A stretch of 62,969 nucleotides of DNA from an uncultured Chitinophagaceae bacterium (GTDB taxonomy: Bacteria > Bacteroidota > Ignavibacteria > UBA10030 > UBA8401), in the NCBI GenBank assembly GCA_964361075.1, contig CAYHZL010000001.1, positions 1-62,969 of the forward strand, in the 5' to 3' direction. The translations under genes and the position numbers were made by a program. Shown one piece after another: positions 35,213 to 44,983 of this stretch (position 1 is its first letter; every line of letters starts with the position of its first letter). The notes under the pieces were generated by a model. The model searched no databases. It had not been told where the DNA came from and saw only the letters and a program-made list of their open reading frames with translations.

Positions 35213-38053
35213 TCAAAAATCCCATCCAAAGAAAAATTGATAAAATAATCCTGGTTGAAATTCATTCCAATCACCCCGTATTGTTTTTCCGACATCGTAC
35301 CGTAACACTAACACACCACCTATATTCCATCGCACACCTGTACCAAAACTACCGAGTGTCTCACGATATTTATTATCCCACACACTTCCCGCATCTGCAA
35401 ACAGCGCGCCGCGGAAAGAACCCAATCCAAATGAACCGAACGGAAAACGAATTGCAAGTTGATCGATAAAAGGAAAACGAAGTTCGTAACTCGTCAACCA
35501 AGCTTTTTTTCCGCGCAGCGACCACCGGTCAAACCCACGCAAGTCCCAACTTCCACCCATTACAAAACGACGCGATTCTTTTCCTTCATTCATCAACAAT
35601 TGAAAGCGCGATGCAAACGCAACGCGTGTATCAATACGATAGTACCAACGATAATCACCAATGATGGTGTAGTACTGTACATTTGAATATTGCACATCCG
35701 ATGTGTATGCAAGCGTCGCAATAAATCGTGATCCGTCAAGCGGACCAGTCGGGCCCCACAACGAATTATCGTGTACAAATGAAACAGAATTTGAAAGTAT
35801 CAACGCTTTGCGCGGGCGGAACCCGTAAATAACTTCTTTGTCGGAATTAGAAAGAGACACGCCTGCTTCAACACGTCGAAATTTCGAAAGCGGATAACTT
35901 GCAGCAAGATAGCCGCCGAACGAGCGCTCGTAGTAATACAAATCGGGATCGGTTAAATCGTATCGCCGTCCTGAAAAATGAAAAATGCCGGTCGCATAAT
36001 TTGTGCGCTGACTGAGCGAGATGCGCGACACTGCAAGATTGAAACCTTCCAAAAATTCATCGGATGATTCCGCATTGTTATAGAGGAGAAAATAATATTG
36101 ATCGTTGCCGAGCACGTCGCTCATCGCAAGTGCCGCGCCTGCTGAAGTTCCAAATACCGGATCCGTTGCAACGGCGCTTTGTGCAATATCGAGTGTATAA
36201 TCGCCTTTGTAATGTAATAGTTGTACCGTCGTATCGCCTTCGGTAGAATGTGCATGCCATGGCTCCGGCACGGATGGCACAGTAAACCTGTGTTCTGTTT
36301 TTGAAGAATCAATTCGAAGTGAAACTTTATCCAGCAAATAAATTCTGAAACTATAATTTTCAAATCCTGTAAAAAGCAGCTCGTTGTTATCTGTCCAATA
36401 CGGATCGAACACAGCGTTAGAAAAATCTGTTACCTTTTTCATTGGCGGCAACGCCGACATGGTTTTCATTTCTTCTGTGCACATCGCCCACACATTTTGT
36501 GCACCGTCGTAATTTGATGTGAAGGTCAGATATTTTCCATCAGGCGAAAACGACGGCGAATAATAATTTTCCTTTCCGCGTGTAACAGGAAATATTTTTT
36601 GCGATGCAACATTGTACGATTCAATGTTATACACTTGATCCATGCCATTCGGATTTCTGTCGGAACTAAACACAATCATTGTTCCATCAGGAGACCACGA
36701 TGGATCGCGATCATCGTACATATCATTTGTCAATCGCGTCAGTTGTTCGTTCGAAAAATTATACAGATACAAATCCATCGTGCCGGATTTATCAATCGAA
36801 GAAAACACTATGCGCGTACCATCAGGCGACCAGCATGGCGATGCGATAATGACAAGACTTGGAAATTGCAGTGTGCGCACAAGTTCGTTCTTCTTCACAT
36901 CAAATAGATGCAATGCGTCGGTCTCGCCGCTTTTTGTTGTAAAGGCAAGGATGCCGTCTTTGGAAATATCAAGTTTGCTTTGAAATAAATGAAATGTTTC
37001 AAACTCATCCGTCTTTTCTCCCGACACAACAAGTTGCGGCTCACTGATGTACTTGGTGTTTTTTTCTTCATCCGGTTTTGGATTCACATTCATTTTGTAA
37101 ATTGAAGTGTAGCCGGTATAGTTGCCGATGTAGTACACTTCCTGCTGACCGTTATTATTGAAAAACACCGGCTTGGAATTGAATCCTGTCTTCATCAATA
37201 CTTTTGCAACATGGCTCGTATATTCGCTGGAAGAGAGCACAGGATAATATTTTTTTTTCAAATAGTACAGCCACGTTTCATCAAACTCTTTATAGTTTTT
37301 TCCAATGGTTGTTCTCATTATATCGTTGAATGACGTACTCTTCCAGAAGTTTTCCATCAACAGTAAAATTTTTTCTTCGCCATATTGTTGTTCGATGAAC
37401 GAAAGAATATTCTGTCCTTCTTTGTACATCAGAAATGTTCCGTAGATCTGTTCTATATCAGCAAGCGGCGCAATATAATTATTCAGCACTGCATCGCGCA
37501 TCACCATTTCCGCCTGATCGTCGGGAACGGTTGACCATAACTCAGCAAGTCCTTCGGTAAACCACAACGGCGGCATACGATCCGCAGGTACGCGATGATC
37601 AACCAGCACACGATTGAGTTTGCTGTGCATAAAGACATGCGTCATTTCATGGCGAATGACATGACGAAATCGCGCGAGCGAACCATCGGCGGGAATGACA
37701 ACACGGCCTTTTAAGAATTCGAAAAAGCCGCCAACACCTTCGGGAATAAATCCGGGTGTTGTATTTGTTTGTTGAAAGTGAAGATGTGAGCTGTAAAAAA
37801 TAAGCGGCACACGATTAAGCAGTGTGTGATTGAATTTATTTTCGAGATTTTTAAATGCTTCTTCCGCAAAGAACGCGCCGCGTTCGGCAAGTTCTTTCAT
37901 TTCGGGATAGTAATAAATATCGAAGTGCTGCGTGCGGAGGATGTGCCAATCAAATTCGGTGTACTGTACTTTGTTGTGTCCGAAATAATAAAACTGCGCA
38001 TGAAGAAACTGCACCGTGCACAACATAAGTACTATGGATTTCAGTATTCTCAT
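35213..38053 (-). CDS. Outer-membrane fusion protein: HEXXH peptidase-like domain + PD40/WD40-like TolB-type beta-propeller repeats + Omp85/BamA-like C-terminal barrel
   Basis: The N-terminal region has HEMTHVFMH. The middle has repeated SP(D/C)G...(V/T)F(S/T)S PD40 motifs (WSPDGTRIVFSS, WSPDGTMIVFSS, FSPDGKYLTFTS). The C-terminus is aromatic-rich, barrel-like, and ends ...FFFGWDF. The start is set to M15 (MRILKSIVLMLCTVQFLHAQ signal). Confidence 0.6.
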   Translation of the reverse strand: MRILKSIVLMLCTVQFLHAQFYYFGHNKVQYTEFDWHILRTQHFDIYYYPEMKELAERGAFFAEEAFKNLENKFNHTLLNRVPLIFYSSHLHFQQTNTTPGFIPEGVGGFFEFLKGRVVIPADGSLARFRHVIRHEMTHVFMHSKLNRVLVDHRVPADRMPPLWFTEGLAELWSTVPDDQAEMVMRDAVLNNYIAPLADIEQIYGTFLMYKEGQNILSFIEQQYGEEKILLLMENFWKSTSFNDIMRTTIGKNYKEFDETWLYYLKKKYYPVLSSSEYTSHVAKVLMKTGFNSKPVFFNNNGQQEVYYIGNYTGYTSIYKMNVNPKPDEEKNTKYISEPQLVVSGEKTDEFETFHLFQSKLDISKDGILAFTTKSGETDALHLFDVKKNELVRTLQFPSLVIIASPCWSPDGTRIVFSSIDKSGTMDLYLYNFSNEQLTRLTNDMYDDRDPSWSPDGTMIVFSSDRNPNGMDQVYNIESYNVASQKIFPVTRGKENYYSPSFSPDGKYLTFTSNYDGAQNVWAMCTEEMKTMSALPPMKKVTDFSNAVFDPYWTDNNELLFTGFENYSFRIYLLDKVSLRIDSSKTEHRFTVPSVPEPWHAHSTEGDTTVQLLHYKGDYTLDIAQSAVATDPVFGTSAGAALAMSDVLGNDQYYFLLYNNAESSDEFLEGFNLAVSRISLSQRTNYATGIFHFSGRRYDLTDPDLYYYERSFGGYLAASYPLSKFRRVEAGVSLSNSDKEVIYGFRPRKALILSNSVSFVHDNSLWGPTGPLDGSRFIATLAYTSDVQYSNVQYYTIIGDYRWYYRIDTRVAFASRFQLLMNEGKESRRFVMGGSWDLRGFDRWSLRGKKAWLTSYELRFPFIDQLAIRFPFGSFGLGSFRGALFADAGSVWDNKYRETLGSFGTGVRWNIGGVLVLRYDVGKTIRGDWNEFQPGLFYQFFFGWDF

Positions 38054-38196
38054 ATAAAGTGTGTTACAGAGGCGAAGTATGCTCAGCAACATCATGCTGA
38101 CCTTTGCACCAAAAACAGATCAGCTTTTAACACAGACTGAACATTGTACTCTTTTCTTTCCTCTAAATTGAAAAATTATTATGCCACCCGCAACTG

Positions 38197-38231
38197 AAAA
38201 TAAAAACGCTCCGGAGTTACACTTCGGAGCG
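38197..38231 (-). terminator. Rho-independent terminator downstream of ptsI
   Basis: The stem CGCTCCG (38207-38213) / CGGAGCG (38225-38231) is followed on the minus strand by TTTTTATTTT. Confidence 0.6.
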
Positions 38232-38289
38232 CTGCTTAATAAACATTTTTCCTGTATTTTCACTACAGGCTGCTTGCTGCGGTGCAACA

Positions 38290-40041
38290 TTATTCCGGCA
38301 ATGGAATATCCGGCACCATTGTTTTTAAATTGATGCGCAGGAATTCGCTCACTTCTTCTTCTGTTTGCAACTCTAATGCTTTGCGTGCAATTTCTTCCGC
38401 CTCGTGCAAGCTGACAGCGCGAATAATTTTTTTGATCTCAAGAATAACAGTCGGTGCAACGCTGAACTGGTCAAGTCCGAGCCCGAGTAAAAATAATGTT
38501 GCAAGAGGATCGCTCGCCATTTCACCGCACATGCCGACCGGTGTATGATGACGATGACCTTCTGTAATAATGTGTTTAATTGTCCGCAGTACTGCCGGAT
38601 GAAATTCCTGATACAACGACGATACATTTTCGTTGCCGCGATCAACAGCAATTAAATATTGAATCAAATCGTTCGTGCCGATGCTCAAGAAATCAACTTC
38701 GCGCGCTATATCGCCGGCAAGCACTGCCGCCGACGGCACTTCTATCATCACTCCGACTTGAATATTTTCATCAAACGATATTTTACGTTTGCGAAGATTC
38801 TCTTTTGCTTGTTCAATCAATTCTTTTGCGCGGCGTACTTCTTTAATTCCGGAAATCATCGGCAGCAAAATTTTCACATTGCCTTTCGCTCCCGCACGCA
38901 GCATGGCTTGAATTTGTGTTACAAATGTTTCCGGCGTATCCAACGAAACACGAATACCGCGCCAGCCGAGAAACGGATTTTCTTCTTCCGATAATTGCGA
39001 CACAACTTTATCCCCGCCGATATCGAACGTGCGCATCACTACTTTATGTGGAAACGATTTATTCGCAATAATGCGGTACTCTTCATACTGTTCATCTTCC
39101 GATGGAAACGTATCGCGTCCCATCAATAAACCTTCCGTACGATACAAGCCGATACCTTGCGACCCTTGCTTGTTCACGAAGTCGGTTTCTTTTGAAAATT
39201 CAATATTGGAAGAAAGTTCAACTTCTTTTCCGTCTAATGTAACGGTAGGAAGAGTACGGAACGATAGTAATTGTCTTTCGAACGCCGCATAGTGGTCGGC
39301 ACGTTTGCGATACGCTTTCATGGTCGCATCGGTGGGATGCACAACAACAACGCCATTGTATCCGTCAACAATGATAAAATCATCAGTCTGCACTTGCTTC
39401 GTAATTGTTTTCAAACCGACAACGGACGGAATTTTGAGCGAGCGAGAAAGCAGCGCGGCATGCGACGTGTTGCCACCCATATCCGTTACATACCCCAGCA
39501 CTTCGTTGCGGCTGAAAAGGACAGTATCCGCCGGCGTCAACAGTTCTGCAATGACGATGGAACTTCCTTCGAAACGGGAAATAAGTTTTTCTTGCTGAAT
39601 ATTACGGATGATGCGGTTCTTCACATCTTCAACATCGTGCGCTCGTTCGCGCATGTATTCATCACTCGCATTCAGCATAAGCAGTTGGTACTTTGTAATC
39701 TCTGCATGAACGATGTATTCCGCGTTTTTCTTTTCCTTTTTGATGCGTTTATAAATTGAATCGAACAGTACAACATCATTCAGAATCATGATCTGCGCTT
39801 CAAATATTTTTTCTTTGTTGTCGCCGATTTTTTGTTCTGCATACGAAAGAATTTTTTGCAATTCTTTTTCGGAACGGTCAACAGCGTGCTTCAACCGATC
39901 GATTTCTTGTTCTGTATCACCGGCATCGATAACTTTTTCTTCAATGCGCGGAATATGTTTTATAAAAAGATACGCAACTCCCATGACGATGCCGGGAGAA
40001 GCAGCAATTCCATGCAGAACTATTTCGTTTGTTTCAGGCAT
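38290..40041 (-). CDS. ptsI: phosphoenolpyruvate-protein phosphotransferase (PTS Enzyme I)
   Basis: 583 aa with the phospho-His region GGNTSHAALLSRSLKIPSVVG and a C-terminal PEP-utilising TIM domain (SIGTNDLIQY, CGEMA). Confidence 0.96.
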   Translation of the reverse strand: MPETNEIVLHGIAASPGIVMGVAYLFIKHIPRIEEKVIDAGDTEQEIDRLKHAVDRSEKELQKILSYAEQKIGDNKEKIFEAQIMILNDVVLFDSIYKRIKKEKKNAEYIVHAEITKYQLLMLNASDEYMRERAHDVEDVKNRIIRNIQQEKLISRFEGSSIVIAELLTPADTVLFSRNEVLGYVTDMGGNTSHAALLSRSLKIPSVVGLKTITKQVQTDDFIIVDGYNGVVVVHPTDATMKAYRKRADHYAAFERQLLSFRTLPTVTLDGKEVELSSNIEFSKETDFVNKQGSQGIGLYRTEGLLMGRDTFPSEDEQYEEYRIIANKSFPHKVVMRTFDIGGDKVVSQLSEEENPFLGWRGIRVSLDTPETFVTQIQAMLRAGAKGNVKILLPMISGIKEVRRAKELIEQAKENLRKRKISFDENIQVGVMIEVPSAAVLAGDIAREVDFLSIGTNDLIQYLIAVDRGNENVSSLYQEFHPAVLRTIKHIITEGHRHHTPVGMCGEMASDPLATLFLLGLGLDQFSVAPTVILEIKKIIRAVSLHEAEEIARKALELQTEEEVSEFLRINLKTMVPDIPLPE

Positions 40042-40080
40042 ACATCAGTTTCCACTTTCGTTCATTGATTTTTTTTGGTG

Positions 40081-40347
40081 TTACGCTTCGTCAAATCCGC
40101 GATCAAACAATCCGATAATCGCGATTGATGCATCGTGTTCATCATCGCCGGTAAATCGCAAAATAAGTTTCGAACCTTGTTCGGCAGCAAGTGTCATCAC
40201 TCCGATAATACTTTTCCCGTTGATTTCAAATCCATCTTTGATGATGAAAAATTCACTTTTAAATTTTGCAGCAAGTTTCACTAATCCGGCGGCAGGGCGG
40301 GTATGCAAACCTGCTCTGTTTTTTATTATTACTTCTCGTTCAATCAT
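40081..40347 (-). CDS. ptsH: phosphocarrier protein HPr
   Basis: 88 aa with the His15 motif GLHTRPA and the Ser46 region NGKSIIGVMTL. Confidence 0.94.
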   Translation of the reverse strand: MIEREVIIKNRAGLHTRPAAGLVKLAAKFKSEFFIIKDGFEINGKSIIGVMTLAAEQGSKLILRFTGDDEHDASIAIIGLFDRGFDEA

Positions 40348-40371
40348 AATAACACAGATGGCAAATTAATT

Positions 40372-40603
40372 GTATCTACTCAGCGAGAGAAAATTTATGC
40401 CGAAGGCATCCCTTCGGGAGAACACTGATGACACAGAAAAAACATTCGCCGCGGCGAATCACAGAGAATGGTTGTGAGTTGAAAAAGGTGTTGCATAAAA
40501 TATTTCAAAAAGATCCTCATCTGTGAATATCAGTGCTGTTTCTGTGTTATCTGTGTGCTATTATTGCTTTACGTGTGTAAATAATTGCTCACTGTGTAGT
40601 TAC
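40372..40603. mobile_element. MITE-like mosaic element, family A (GTATCTACTCAG ... CTGTGTAGTTAC)
   Basis: Imperfect terminal inverted repeats. The interior has CCGAAGGCATCCCTTCGG (40400-40417, the inverted copy of the 14211 module), TTCGCCGCGGCGAA (40445-40458) and CTGTGTT modules. The flanking direct repeat is only imperfect (AATTAATT versus AATGAATC). Confidence 0.5.
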
Positions 40604-40609
40604 AATGAA

Positions 40610-41590
40610 TCAATAATTTCGTTGCAACAACATTTCAGTGAACCAATACAGCATTTCGCGTGCAGCGCTTTCGCGTAATTTTTTTAACTGAATATTTGCC
40701 TGGTGGCTGTCGCGTTCAATTGCGGCTTTGGCAAGTTCGATGATGCCATGCCGTTCATAAATATCGCGCACGTACGGCACATTACGTTTACTCGTTCCGC
40801 CATTTGTGATAATGGAGTGCAGCATTTTTTTATCCTTGCCGCTTGCGCGTTCGTACGCGTGGAGTAAAAGAAATGTTTTCTTTCCTTCAACAATATCGCC
40901 GCCGATAGTTTTACCGAATTCTTTTTCATCAGCAAACACATCGAGCAAATCATCTTGAATTTGAAACGCGCGTCCAATCAGTGTGCCGTACGAAGTCAAC
41001 GCGCGTACTTCGCGATCTGTGCCGCCGCCAATCAGCGCGCCGATTTCTGATGAGACTGCAACAAGCTTTCCGGTTTTTTTGCTGATCATGTGAAGATAAT
41101 CATCAATGGTGATGTTGCTTTGCGATTCGAACTCTTTGTCGTACGCTTGTCCTTCACATACTTCTACAACACCTTGTGTAAACACTTCTGCGATACGGGC
41201 GATGGCGGGAGATTTTGTTTTCAACAATTCGCGGTATGCAAGCGCTACTAACTCATCACCAACAAGAATGGCAACATTGTTATCCCATTTTTTATGAACC
41301 GTTGCGCGCCCGCGCCGCGAATCGGCGTGATCCATAATATCATCATGCACCAGTGTGAAGTTGTGCAGAATTTCAATTGCAACTGCGGCGTAGGCGGCAT
41401 TGTTCGCCGAACGACCAACAGCTTCACACGCAAGCATTGCAAGCAGCGGACGAATACGTTTGCCGCCCGCAGAAAGTACGTACTTCATCGGCTCGTACAA
41501 AGAAACAGGTTCTTTTTTTCGAATACATGAACCGAGTTTGCGGTCAACAATTGTTTTGTACGAAAGATATTTTTGTTCGAAAGATTTCAT
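40610..41590 (-). CDS. polyprenyl diphosphate synthase (FPP/GGPP synthase family)
   Basis: 326 aa with the first and second Asp-rich motifs (LVHDDIMDH, IQDDLLDV). Confidence 0.92.
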   Translation of the reverse strand: MKSFEQKYLSYKTIVDRKLGSCIRKKEPVSLYEPMKYVLSAGGKRIRPLLAMLACEAVGRSANNAAYAAVAIEILHNFTLVHDDIMDHADSRRGRATVHKKWDNNVAILVGDELVALAYRELLKTKSPAIARIAEVFTQGVVEVCEGQAYDKEFESQSNITIDDYLHMISKKTGKLVAVSSEIGALIGGGTDREVRALTSYGTLIGRAFQIQDDLLDVFADEKEFGKTIGGDIVEGKKTFLLLHAYERASGKDKKMLHSIITNGGTSKRNVPYVRDIYERHGIIELAKAAIERDSHQANIQLKKLRESAAREMLYWFTEMLLQRNY

Positions 41591-41591
41591 T

Positions 41592-42824
41592 CTACTTTTT
41601 CCACGAAGCTGTCACATTAAATTCGAACAGTCCTCTTTTAGTGTTCCGTCTGCGAATTGTCTCTATGTTTACACTGTTATAACCAAGTTGTAAAAAAAAA
41701 TCAGCAAGAATTTTTTCTGTATCAACAAAGTGTCCATAGAATGAAGAGTTGCCAACTATGTAGTTAAGTTTTGCCTTGGGTTTTAAAAGTCCTTTTAAGT
41801 TTTGAAGATGTGAATACATGTCGTCAAAATATTTGTGAACATAGTTACTCATCAGTCCAGAGTTTTTGTCACCACTTAAATTTATTTTATTGCATACATC
41901 ATAAAGTCGTGCAGGTAAATTTCTATTTAGTGGTTTCCAATTTTTCAAGTTGCTTGTCGCTGAACCCCAAGTTCCCCCAATCGCATCCCAGTCCAAAGCA
42001 CCTGCATCATTTCCATTGTGAAGAAATTTTACCCAATACATATATGGTCGTAATTCACGAATGTAACTGATACGGTTTGGGTAGGGTGGAGAAGTAATCA
42101 CAGAATCAAAGATTTCTTTCCCGTGAGCAGATAAATCTCTGGAATCTCCTTTAATGACTTTTGCTTTTCCTGTCAGTTGAGTTTTAGCGGAAGTTATAAT
42201 ACGATTGAAGATGGCTTCAAAAAGAAGTTTGATTTGCGAAACTTCATACTGAGTGGAATTGCTTTTGAAAGACATTGAAACATGATTAAATGCTGCCGCC
42301 GATGTTTCAATAATCAATCGTGAAAAGGCAATCCAAACAAGATTGTGATAATAATTTCCATTGGGTTCATTAAAGGTACTTGCAAGTTTGTGCCTGATGC
42401 TTGCTAATATTTCAAGCGTTACAGGATGCCACCACCTTTCAATGTTATGAATTGGTGGTGTCCAAAAATTTTCAGATAGAGTAATATCCTCCATACAGTT
42501 GTCAAACTCTTGCTGTAACTCTAAAAGTTTGCCAGCAGAAAAGTGTTTGCATTTCGTATTGCCTAACCAAATGAGAAATGGATTGATGTCGAAAAGTGTT
42601 GCATTAAAACCTAACTCTTCAGCCACTAAACCTGTTGTTGCTGTTCCTGAAAATGGGTCTAAAATGTTTGAATTTTCCGTGCAATCTTTTTTGATTAGCT
42701 CTCTGACGAGTTTAACCGAATAAGCAGGAGTTAAACGCAACCATCCGTGCCGTCCAAAATGAGAATTATATTTGAAAGTATAGTCCGTTCTTCTCTCTAT
42801 GTCAAGTAGTAATTCAGTTTGCAT
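41592..42824 (-). CDS. Type II DNA methyltransferase (N6-adenine or N4-cytosine; SPPY type)
   Basis: 410 aa with SAM motif I DPFSGTATTG near the N-terminus and catalytic motif IV ITSPPYPNR at about aa 243. That motif order suggests an alpha-class amino-MTase. Its stop codon is 1 nt from the next gene's start. Confidence 0.8.
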   Translation of the reverse strand: MQTELLLDIERRTDYTFKYNSHFGRHGWLRLTPAYSVKLVRELIKKDCTENSNILDPFSGTATTGLVAEELGFNATLFDINPFLIWLGNTKCKHFSAGKLLELQQEFDNCMEDITLSENFWTPPIHNIERWWHPVTLEILASIRHKLASTFNEPNGNYYHNLVWIAFSRLIIETSAAAFNHVSMSFKSNSTQYEVSQIKLLFEAIFNRIITSAKTQLTGKAKVIKGDSRDLSAHGKEIFDSVITSPPYPNRISYIRELRPYMYWVKFLHNGNDAGALDWDAIGGTWGSATSNLKNWKPLNRNLPARLYDVCNKINLSGDKNSGLMSNYVHKYFDDMYSHLQNLKGLLKPKAKLNYIVGNSSFYGHFVDTEKILADFFLQLGYNSVNIETIRRRNTKRGLFEFNVTASWKK

Positions 42825-43611
42825 TTAAAAGAACTTTCAGAACAGAATTAATTTCATTTTTAAATTTCTTTGAGTTCTTCTCAAAGAAATCAGTAAGGTT
42901 GTAACCCAAAATATTTTTTGAGAAAGCGAAAAGAAAAATATTTGAATTGGGAGATGTAGAACCAATCATTACACCGCAACGACTGTTACGATATCTTAGA
43001 ACAATATCAGAATCTATCTGTGATGAAAAAATTGCAAATACAGGTAAGTAACTGTTAGCCCATGCAACGGTTGCATTATCAATGTCTGCATTTTGTCTTT
43101 TGCTGTCTTTGCTTTTGTAACCTTGACGAACCTCAAACACAATTCCATTTTTAGGAATCTGTTTTATTGATAGTTCTTTGCAATAGGATCTAATCCATTC
43201 TTGTAATCTTCCCTTTAGTTTGGCATTTTGAATTTCCTTTAGTTCTAACCTTCCGTCAAGCGAGAGGGTTTTTACTTTCCCTCCCGAAGTTTTCGCATCG
43301 TAACTCCATTGAGCAAAATCCCTGTCCTTGTATTGTGTAGTGTCAATGAGTATTTCTCTAAAGAGATGTTCACAACCAATTCCAATTTGTCTGTAAATGG
43401 AAGTCATGCCGCCTGCTGCTTTATGTGCAGCGTACATCAGTCCTGAATCAAGTCCAATCCAAGCGTAAAATGGATCCGCACCATAAAGTTTTAAGAAACC
43501 GTCAAGCGAAACACCGTCAGCATTTTGGCTCTTCCCGAATTTGGGTTTGTAATCCTTACATTTTCTGATAGGGTCAAGGAACATTTCAATATATTTTTCT
43601 TCTGTTGTCAT
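42814..43611 (-). CDS. Putative Type II restriction endonuclease, cognate to the downstream MTase
   Basis: 265 aa with no family recognised. There is a possible PD-(D/E)xK-like D...E-x-(R/K) arrangement (LDGRLE...VFEVRQGYK). It overlaps the MTase start by 11 nt and shares the same AT-rich composition. Confidence 0.4.
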   Translation of the reverse strand: MTTEEKYIEMFLDPIRKCKDYKPKFGKSQNADGVSLDGFLKLYGADPFYAWIGLDSGLMYAAHKAAGGMTSIYRQIGIGCEHLFREILIDTTQYKDRDFAQWSYDAKTSGGKVKTLSLDGRLELKEIQNAKLKGRLQEWIRSYCKELSIKQIPKNGIVFEVRQGYKSKDSKRQNADIDNATVAWANSYLPVFAIFSSQIDSDIVLRYRNSRCGVMIGSTSPNSNIFLFAFSKNILGYNLTDFFEKNSKKFKNEINSVLKVLLNAN

Positions 43612-43755
43612 TCTAAACTATTTCTTAAATGTAGATAAAAAAAATAAGTCATTCTCTTTGTCTGTTATCTCGATTTACCCCCAAGGTTTCGGGTATGCAC
43701 TGTCGCCAAAACATGATACTCAACGTGCAGAATTTCACAAGTATCGTGTATTGAT

Positions 43756-44832
43756 TTAATTTTTCTTCTTAATAATTTCCCGTCCAATATAAATCGGGTC
43801 GCGTCGGAATTCTTCCAGCGATGCAATACCGGTGAGAAACATCGCTCCTTTACATTCGTGCATCCATTGATTAAGTGTTGCAGCAAGTTCTTTCTTCCCG
43901 CCGTTACATAATGCTTGCAACATCGGACGCGCAGAAGCGGTCATATCTGCACCAAGCGCAAGAGCTTTCGCACAATCAAGTCCGCTGGTAATACCGCCGG
44001 AGGCAACAACACACAATTCCGGTTTACTGTTTTTTAGTTGCACAACATCGTGCAATGCATCAACTGTCGGAATACCCCAATCCCAAAACTGTTGCGATGA
44101 TGCGCGCGCCTTTCCGTTTTCTTTCCGTCGAAGTATTTCCACGCCAGCCCAACTTGTTCCGCCAGCACCGGCGACATCTATTATAGTAACGCCAACATTC
44201 ATCAATCGCGATGCAACTTCACCGGAAATTCCTGCGCCAATTTCTTTCACGATAACGGGAACGGAAAGATGTTTCACTAATTTTTCAATTCCCAAAAGCA
44301 CGCCGCGAAAATTTGTATTTCCTTCGGGCTGCAAAAATTCTTGCAATGGATTGAGATGAACAGCAAATGCATCGGCACGAATCATTTCCACCAAACGCTG
44401 AACTGATGATACATCGCGCAAGGCGGCAACTTCCGGCGCACCAATGTTGCCGACAATCGGAATTGATGGCGCGGCAGCACGCACAATGCTGAATGTAGAA
44501 TGATACGTTGTATCTTCCAACGCCTGCCTCTGACTGCCAACACCCATTGCAATACCAAATTCTTCGCAGACTTCTGCAAGCTGTTTGTTGATTCGTTTCG
44601 CATCGGCGTATCCGCCCGTCATACACGAAATCATAAACGGAAATGCGATGCGTTTGCCGAGAAATGTTGTTGCCGTTGTTACTTCAGAAAAATTTATTTC
44701 AGGAAGCGCATTGTGAATAAATTCCCACTCATCGAAACCTGTCTGTTTATTGAGAAAGGTAACATTCTTGTGTACCGTTAAAAGCACATGGTCTTTTTTT
44801 CGGGAGGATGTTGTTGGTTTGGCTCGCTTCAT
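43756..44832 (-). CDS. fni: isopentenyl-diphosphate delta-isomerase, type 2 (FMN-dependent)
   Basis: TIM-barrel FMN enzyme motifs (ISCMTGG, VIVKEIGAGIS, VVASGGITSG). The start is set to M27 (MKRAKPTTSSRKKDH), since the track start adds 26 hydrophobic residues of doubtful reality. Confidence 0.88.
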   Translation of the reverse strand: MKRAKPTTSSRKKDHVLLTVHKNVTFLNKQTGFDEWEFIHNALPEINFSEVTTATTFLGKRIAFPFMISCMTGGYADAKRINKQLAEVCEEFGIAMGVGSQRQALEDTTYHSTFSIVRAAAPSIPIVGNIGAPEVAALRDVSSVQRLVEMIRADAFAVHLNPLQEFLQPEGNTNFRGVLLGIEKLVKHLSVPVIVKEIGAGISGEVASRLMNVGVTIIDVAGAGGTSWAGVEILRRKENGKARASSQQFWDWGIPTVDALHDVVQLKNSKPELCVVASGGITSGLDCAKALALGADMTASARPMLQALCNGGKKELAATLNQWMHECKGAMFLTGIASLEEFRRDPIYIGREIIKKKN

Positions 44833-44983
44833 GAAATACACATGGTGAATACAAAAACTTGCCGCAAAGATTTTCAAAAAAATTATAGCGAAAATAGCAA
44901 AGAGAAGCAAGAAAGCGTATTACTTTGCCGCAGTCTATGTTGGTTAGTGAAAAAGATTTTTCAGACTGATCTAGTTTCGAAAA

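Noticed and set aside
43665-43886. The 73-aa track ORF overlapping the 3' end of fni
   Set aside because: It overlaps the well-supported fni reading frame on the same strand in another frame, and its remaining part lies in an AT-rich spacer. No motif support.
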